Of a DNA stretch of 64,000 bases, positions 59,090-64,000 are shown piece after piece. Both the position numbers and the translations under genes were made by a program. The stretch comes from an uncultured SAR86 cluster bacterium (GTDB lineage: Bacteria > Pseudomonadota > Gammaproteobacteria > Magnimaribacterales > D2472), in the NCBI GenBank assembly GCA_902547695.1, contig CACCOR010000005.1, positions 17,431-81,430 of the forward strand, in the 5' to 3' direction. A model generated the notes under the pieces. It did not search any database and was not told the origin of the DNA. It worked only from the letters and a program-made list of their open reading frames with translations. Within the stretch, counting starts at the first letter, position 1. The number at the start of each line of letters is the position of its first letter.

Positions 59090-60100
59090 ATGGAAAATTC
59101 TGAAAGTGTTGCAGTTCTAGGTGGAGGAAGTTTCGGGACGGTTCTAGCAAATTTAGCAGCATCAAATGGATATAATGTTTCGTTGTGGGTAAGAGATTCT
59201 GAACAAGCTTTAAGAATAAATTCGGAGGGAGCTAACACCACATATCATCCCGAATTAAAATTATCAAAAAATATCATTGCATCCGATAACTTAAAAGAAG
59301 TTTTAGATAATAAATCTATAATTTTTATTGCAACACCAAGTATTGTTTTCGAACAAATTGTAATCAGAGTTTCTAATTACATAGATGAAAAACCATATTT
59401 AGTCTCATGTACAAAAGGTATTCTTGATGATCCATTTAGACCATTATCAGAAATTATTTCATCAAAACTCAAAAATACCATTGGTGTTTTGAGTGGCCCA
59501 AACCTAGCAAAAGAAATAGCGGATGAAAAAATAGCAGGCACAGTCATAGCAAGTCCAAATGAAAGTTTAATAAATATAGTTAAATCAGTTTTGTCTTCTG
59601 AAACTTTTAAAATATATTCAAGTAAAGATATGCAAGGAGTTGAAATGGCTGGCGCATTAAAAAATATTTATGCAGTAATATGCGGAATGGCTGAATCACT
59701 AAAAGTTGGCGAAAATGCTATCGGATTAATACTAACTCGTAGCATGGCTGAGATGAGTCGGTTTGCTGTTGCAAAAGGTGCAAATCCTATTACATTTTTA
59801 GGATTATCGGGAATGGGTGATTTGGTTGCAACATGCATGTCAACTTTATCAAGGAATTATCAACTTGGTTTTAATATTGGATCTGGCATGTCTTTGTCAA
59901 AGGCAAAGGAAAGCGTTGGTCAAGTTGCTGAGGGAGTAAGGACTCTTGAAGTTGTTTTAAAAGAATCATCAAAATTGAATATTAAAATGCCATTAGTCGA
60001 ATCTATGTATAATATAATTTACAATAATGCTTCACCAAACACACTTATTGATGATTTAATTAATAATCCAAATGAGGTTGATGTAGAATTTAATTATTGA
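59090..60100 (+). CDS. gpsA: NAD(P)H-dependent glycerol-3-phosphate dehydrogenase
   Basis: GGGSFGT, SGPNLA, GALKN, GMGDL..TC...SRN. Confidence 0.96.
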   Translation: MENSESVAVLGGGSFGTVLANLAASNGYNVSLWVRDSEQALRINSEGANTTYHPELKLSKNIIASDNLKEVLDNKSIIFIATPSIVFEQIVIRVSNYIDEKPYLVSCTKGILDDPFRPLSEIISSKLKNTIGVLSGPNLAKEIADEKIAGTVIASPNESLINIVKSVLSSETFKIYSSKDMQGVEMAGALKNIYAVICGMAESLKVGENAIGLILTRSMAEMSRFAVAKGANPITFLGLSGMGDLVATCMSTLSRNYQLGFNIGSGMSLSKAKESVGQVAEGVRTLEVVLKESSKLNIKMPLVESMYNIIYNNASPNTLIDDLINNPNEVDVEFNY

Positions 60101-60435
60101 GTATGGAAACTATTAACAAAGACGAAATTTTAAAATCAAGTAAGTGGATTAGATTCATTTTTATGGTTCTATACGCATTTGCATTAAATTTTGTTTTACC
60201 AATATGCATTGGGCTTGCAGTTATTCAGTTTTTATTTGTTCTTTTTACATCAAAAGTAAATCCATCAATAGCTAATGTAAATTCTTATGTTATTGAGTTT
60301 TTTCAAGATTCTTTATCATTCTTATTGTTTCAAACTGAACAAAAACCTTTTCCTTTTAAAAACAATTCAGAAGAAGAGGTTATAATTGAAGCGGAAGAAA
60401 TAGAGGACTCTTCCTCAAAACAAGAAACTAATTAA
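60097..60435 (+). CDS. DUF4389-like membrane protein
   Basis: W.RFIFM, QFLF.L, KPFPF; conserved position next to gpsA. Confidence 0.75.
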   Translation: MSMETINKDEILKSSKWIRFIFMVLYAFALNFVLPICIGLAVIQFLFVLFTSKVNPSIANVNSYVIEFFQDSLSFLLFQTEQKPFPFKNNSEEEVIIEAEEIEDSSSKQETN

Positions 60436-61274
60436 TTAGACGCTGCTCTTTCAGCTGATTGAAGTGTTTGAAGTATTAACGTATTAATTGTCATTGGTCC
60501 TACTCCTCCAGGAACTGGTGTATAAGCACTAGCAATCTCTTCAATATTATCAAGATCAATATCTCCGCATTTTTCTGGATGGTAACCAGCGTCAATAACA
60601 ATTGCATCTTTTTTAATCCAATCAGATTTTATAAATTTAGGTATTCCAACAGCCCCAACTATTAAATCTGCATTTTTAATTATTAAATCTAGATTTCTAG
60701 TTCTTGAATGACATATTGTCACTGTTGCATTCATATTTAAAAGCATCATTGCCATTGGCTTGCCCAAAATTGGACTTCTGCCAACAACGACAGCATTTAA
60801 GCCTTCTACTTTAATATTATGATGGTTAATTAATCTCATAATACCAGCAGGTGTGCATGAGCCATAAGCATCAAGCCCCATCGACATGTTTCCAAAACCC
60901 AGGCAAGTCACTCCATCTACATCTTTATTAATATCTATTTCATCAAAACACAATCTTTCATCAATTTGAGATGGAACTGGATGTTGAAGCAAAATGCCGT
61001 GTACATTCACATCATTATTTAAACTTCTAATTTTTTCCAAAAGTTCTTCAGTAGTTGTATCTTCAGATAATTCGACAGCTATAGACTCCATACCAACTCT
61101 TGCACAGGTATTTCTTTTCATTTTCACATAGGTTTCAGAAGCAGGATCATTGCCAACAAGAATAGTCGCTAAAGTTGGCTTTATATTTTTTGAAGATAAT
61201 TCTTGAACCTTCTTCTTTATAGATTCTTCAGAAATTCTTGATAGCTCTTTACCATCTAATACTATTGCAGACAT
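60432..61274 (-). CDS. folD: Methylenetetrahydrofolate dehydrogenase/cyclohydrolase
   Basis: [29 protein letters not shown]. Confidence 0.96.
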   Translation of the reverse strand: MSAIVLDGKELSRISEESIKKKVQELSSKNIKPTLATILVGNDPASETYVKMKRNTCARVGMESIAVELSEDTTTEELLEKIRSLNNDVNVHGILLQHPVPSQIDERLCFDEIDINKDVDGVTCLGFGNMSMGLDAYGSCTPAGIMRLINHHNIKVEGLNAVVVGRSPILGKPMAMMLLNMNATVTICHSRTRNLDLIIKNADLIVGAVGIPKFIKSDWIKKDAIVIDAGYHPEKCGDIDLDNIEEIASAYTPVPGGVGPMTINTLILQTLQSAERAASN

Positions 61275-61315
61275 GATATTATTATCTCATTAATTGATAT
61301 TTATGCCCATGAAGA

Positions 61316-61344
61316 TTGCTTATTTATTATATTAACTTTAATAT
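61316..61344 (+). promoter_or_regulatory. Possible sigma70 promoter of the tRNA-Pro/Arg pair
   Basis: TTGCTT-17 nt-TAATAT ending 9 nt before tRNA-Pro. Confidence 0.4.
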
Positions 61345-61353
61345 TTGCATCCT

Positions 61354-61430
61354 CGGGGTATAGCGCAGTCTGGTAGCGCACTCGCTTTGGGAGCGAGTGG
61401 TCGTAAGTTCGAATCTTACTACCCCGACCA
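61354..61430 (+). tRNA. tRNA-Pro(TGG)
   Basis: CGGGGTA/TACCCCG acceptor, CTCGC-TTTGGGA-GCGAG, CCA. Confidence 0.96.
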
Positions 61431-61431
61431 A

Positions 61432-61508
<77 letters not shown>

Positions 61509-61520
61509 TTTTTTTTTGAT

Positions 61521-62453
61521 ATGTATAAAATTGCTACTTTATATAAATTTTCAAGGATTCAAAATCCATTAAAAACTCATAAAGATATTCGTTCAAATTT
61601 AAAAGAACTTTCTATTAAAGGAACAATTCTTGTTGGCGAAGAGGGCCTTAATGGAACTATTTCTGCAACATGTGAAAAAAAATTAAGCAGAGCAATTAAG
61701 TATTTACGAAGTATAGATGGCTTTGATGCTTTAGATGTAAAGTATTCTTCATCAGAAAAAAGCCCATTCATAAGAATGAAGGTTAAATTAAAAAAAGAAA
61801 TCGTAACCATTGGAGATAATTCAATAAATCCAACAGAAGAGGTTGGTGAATATGTTGACCCAAATAACTGGAACAAATTAATAGAAGACAAAAACACAAT
61901 TTTAATTGATACAAGAAATAACTATGAATATTCAATAGGGACTTTTAAAAACTCTATAAATCCTCATACAAATAAATTTAGAGAATTGCCAAAATGGATT
62001 AAAAAACAAAAGTTTTCCAATAAGGACAAAGAAACAAAAAATATAGCCATGTTTTGCACTGGTGGAATTAGATGTGAAAAAGCTTCTTCGTTTATGAAAA
62101 ATCAAGGGTTTAAGAACGTTTACCATCTCAAAGGGGGAATATTGAAATATTTTGAATTAGTCCCTGAAGAGCAAAGCAAATGGCAGGGAGAGTGTTTTGT
62201 ATTTGATGATAGAGTTTCTGTAAAACATAACTTATCTGAGGGAACATATGATATGTGTCATGGATGCAGAATGCCGATTACTGAAAAAGATAAAACTTCT
62301 AAAAAATATATCAAAGGTGTATCTTGTTCAAAGTGTTTTGATAAAACAACTGAAGAACAAAAATCGAGATACATGAGCAGACAAAAACAAGTAGACTTGG
62401 CAAAAAAAAGAAATCAGCGACATATTGGACCTAAAGAGGAAATACTTAATTAA
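61521..62453 (+). CDS. trhO: Rhodanese-domain tRNA U34 hydroxylase (TrhO/YceA family)
   Basis: EGLNGT, KLKKEIVT, DTRNNYE, MFCTGGIRCEK, LKGGILKY, CFVFDDR. Confidence 0.88.
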   Translation: MYKIATLYKFSRIQNPLKTHKDIRSNLKELSIKGTILVGEEGLNGTISATCEKKLSRAIKYLRSIDGFDALDVKYSSSEKSPFIRMKVKLKKEIVTIGDNSINPTEEVGEYVDPNNWNKLIEDKNTILIDTRNNYEYSIGTFKNSINPHTNKFRELPKWIKKQKFSNKDKETKNIAMFCTGGIRCEKASSFMKNQGFKNVYHLKGGILKYFELVPEEQSKWQGECFVFDDRVSVKHNLSEGTYDMCHGCRMPITEKDKTSKKYIKGVSCSKCFDKTTEEQKSRYMSRQKQVDLAKKRNQRHIGPKEEILN

Positions 62454-62458
62454 TTGCT

Positions 62459-63100
62459 ATGAAATATCCAATTTTATATTCGTTTATTAGATGTCCATAT
62501 GCAATGAGAGCAAGAATGGCATTGAAACTTACAAATACAAAATGCGAAATAAGAGAAGTAAGGCTTAACAATAAGCCCAAGCAGATGATAGACAAATCTC
62601 CTAAAGGAACCGTGCCGGTGTTAGTCCTTGAGAAAGAAGTAATTGATGAGAGTAATGACATAATTGAATGGGCTCTCAGCTCAAACAATATATTTGAAGG
62701 AAATTTAGATAATGATCAAATAGATTTAACAAACAATTTAATTGAGCTTTTTGATTCTAAATTTAAATATAATCTTGATAGATATAAGTATGCGACTAGA
62801 TATGAAAATATTAATAAAGACAAACACAAGAAGGAGTGTTTAGAGATTTTAATTAATTTAGAAAATTTAATTTCAAACGAAGGATGGATTCTTGGAAGCA
62901 AAATTAATAAATTAGACATATCAATCCTGCCTTTTATTAGACAATTTAGAATTGCAGATATTGAATGGTTTGATAAGCAAAATAAAATTAAAGGAGTTCA
63001 AAAAATTTTATTTAATTTTCTTGATTCAAATCTTTTTAAAGAAGTAATGTATAAATATGATGTTTGGGAAGAAAATGCTGAACCTCAATTTTTTCCCTAA
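62459..63100 (+). CDS. Glutathione S-transferase family protein
   Basis: YSFIRCPYAMRAR, SPKGTVPVL, DES, PFIRQF. Confidence 0.9.
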   Translation: MKYPILYSFIRCPYAMRARMALKLTNTKCEIREVRLNNKPKQMIDKSPKGTVPVLVLEKEVIDESNDIIEWALSSNNIFEGNLDNDQIDLTNNLIELFDSKFKYNLDRYKYATRYENINKDKHKKECLEILINLENLISNEGWILGSKINKLDISILPFIRQFRIADIEWFDKQNKIKGVQKILFNFLDSNLFKEVMYKYDVWEENAEPQFFP

Positions 63101-63154
63101 AACATATCAAAAAATAGATAATAATTTTATTTAAACTATAATACCGAATCTTGT

Positions 63155-63232
63155 GGCGGGCGTAGCTCAGTTGGTTAGAGCGCTGGATTGTGGCTCCGGA
63201 GGCCGTGGGTTCGAACCCCATCGCTCGCCCCA
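63155..63232 (+). tRNA. tRNA-His(GTG)
   Basis: G-1 plus GCGGGCG/CGCTCGC acceptor, C73, CTGGA-TTGTGGC-TCCGG, CCA. Confidence 0.95.
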
Positions 63233-63249
63233 GTTTTGAGAGAAAAATA

Positions 63250-64000
63250 ATGAAAGTAAGTATTAAAAAATTAAAAGATCTTGAAAGGAAGGTTTTAATT
63301 ACAATTCCAGTTAATGAATATGAATTAAAATTTTCTACAAAATTAAAAAACATTAAAACTAAAGCTAAAGTTGATGGATTCAGGAAGGGCAATGTGCCAA
63401 ATGATGTTTTAGAACAGAAGTATGGGGCTTCTATTCATAATGAAGTTATTAACGAACTCATTCAAGAGACATATCCAAAGGCAATATCAGAAAACAACAT
63501 AAGACCTGCATCATCACCTCAGGTATCAATTGATTCTGAAGATCCAAAAAAACCTTTAACTTATTCAGCAATTATCGAAGTATTTCCAGAAATTAAACCT
63601 AAGCTATCAAGGTGGACAAATTATGAAGAGTTTGAAATCGAGATTGAGGAGAATGACATAAATCTTGCAATAGATGATATCAAAAAGAGATATGGAGATT
63701 GGAATGATGTGCAAAGAGAAGCAAGATTAGATGATCAGGTTGTAATTGATTTCATTGGAAAAATTGATGGTAAAGAATTTGAGGGTAATACTGCAAATGA
63801 CTTTAAGTTAGTATTAGGAAGTAAATCAATGATTCCAGGATTTGAAGATAGTATTGTTGGGAAAAAACCATCTAAGTTTTCTATAGAATGTACCTTTCCT
63901 GAAGACTATTTCAAAAAAGATTTAGCAGGCGTTAAGGCTGAATTTGAAATTAATCTTAAAAATGTTCAACAAATGAAAGAGGCAAACATTGATAAAGATC
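63250..64000 (+). CDS. tig: Trigger factor, 3' end cut by the window edge (absent from the ORF track)
   Basis: MKVSIKKLKDLERK...VDGFRKGNVP ribosome-binding signature; FKBP domain IDFIGKIDGKEFEG...MIPGFE. Confidence 0.95.
   Translation, partial: MKVSIKKLKDLERKVLITIPVNEYELKFSTKLKNIKTKAKVDGFRKGNVPNDVLEQKYGASIHNEVINELIQETYPKAISENNIRPASSPQVSIDSEDPKKPLTYSAIIEVFPEIKPKLSRWTNYEEFEIEIEENDINLAIDDIKKRYGDWNDVQREARLDDQVVIDFIGKIDGKEFEGNTANDFKLVLGSKSMIPGFEDSIVGKKPSKFSIECTFPEDYFKKDLAGVKAEFEINLKNVQQMKEANIDKD

Noticed and set aside
63036-63392. 118-aa minus-strand ORF
   Set aside because: Antisense to tRNA-His and tig.

Overview
AT-rich, very compact chromosomal segment with short intergenic spacers and many overlapping genes. 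Gene content and order point to a streamlined marine gammaproteobacterium, probably SAR86-like (inference). It carries metY, a complete ccmA-I cytochrome c maturation operon, an smc-zipA-ligase locus, lipid and polysaccharide catabolism genes (acyl-CoA dehydrogenases, alkyl sulfatase, TonB-dependent receptor, GH16, P450, MFS), core genes (sbcB-like, ibpA, recX, dnaX, recR, dcd, purMN, hda, sppA, wrbA, xseA, gpsA, folD, trhO, tig) and 7 tRNAs. I saw no CRISPR array, IS element, integrase or prophage. Main observations: (1) a 732-aa SMC with intact ATPase motifs but no recognisable hinge and roughly half-length arms; (2) an ATP-dependent, phage-type DNA ligase in the slot after zipA where NAD-dependent ligA normally sits; (3) a 14-codon leader ORF overlapping mutually exclusive anti-antiterminator, antiterminator and terminator hairpins upstream of the TonB receptor-GH16 cluster; (4) an A9 slippage site in dnaX and a ROSE-type thermometer in front of ibpA.
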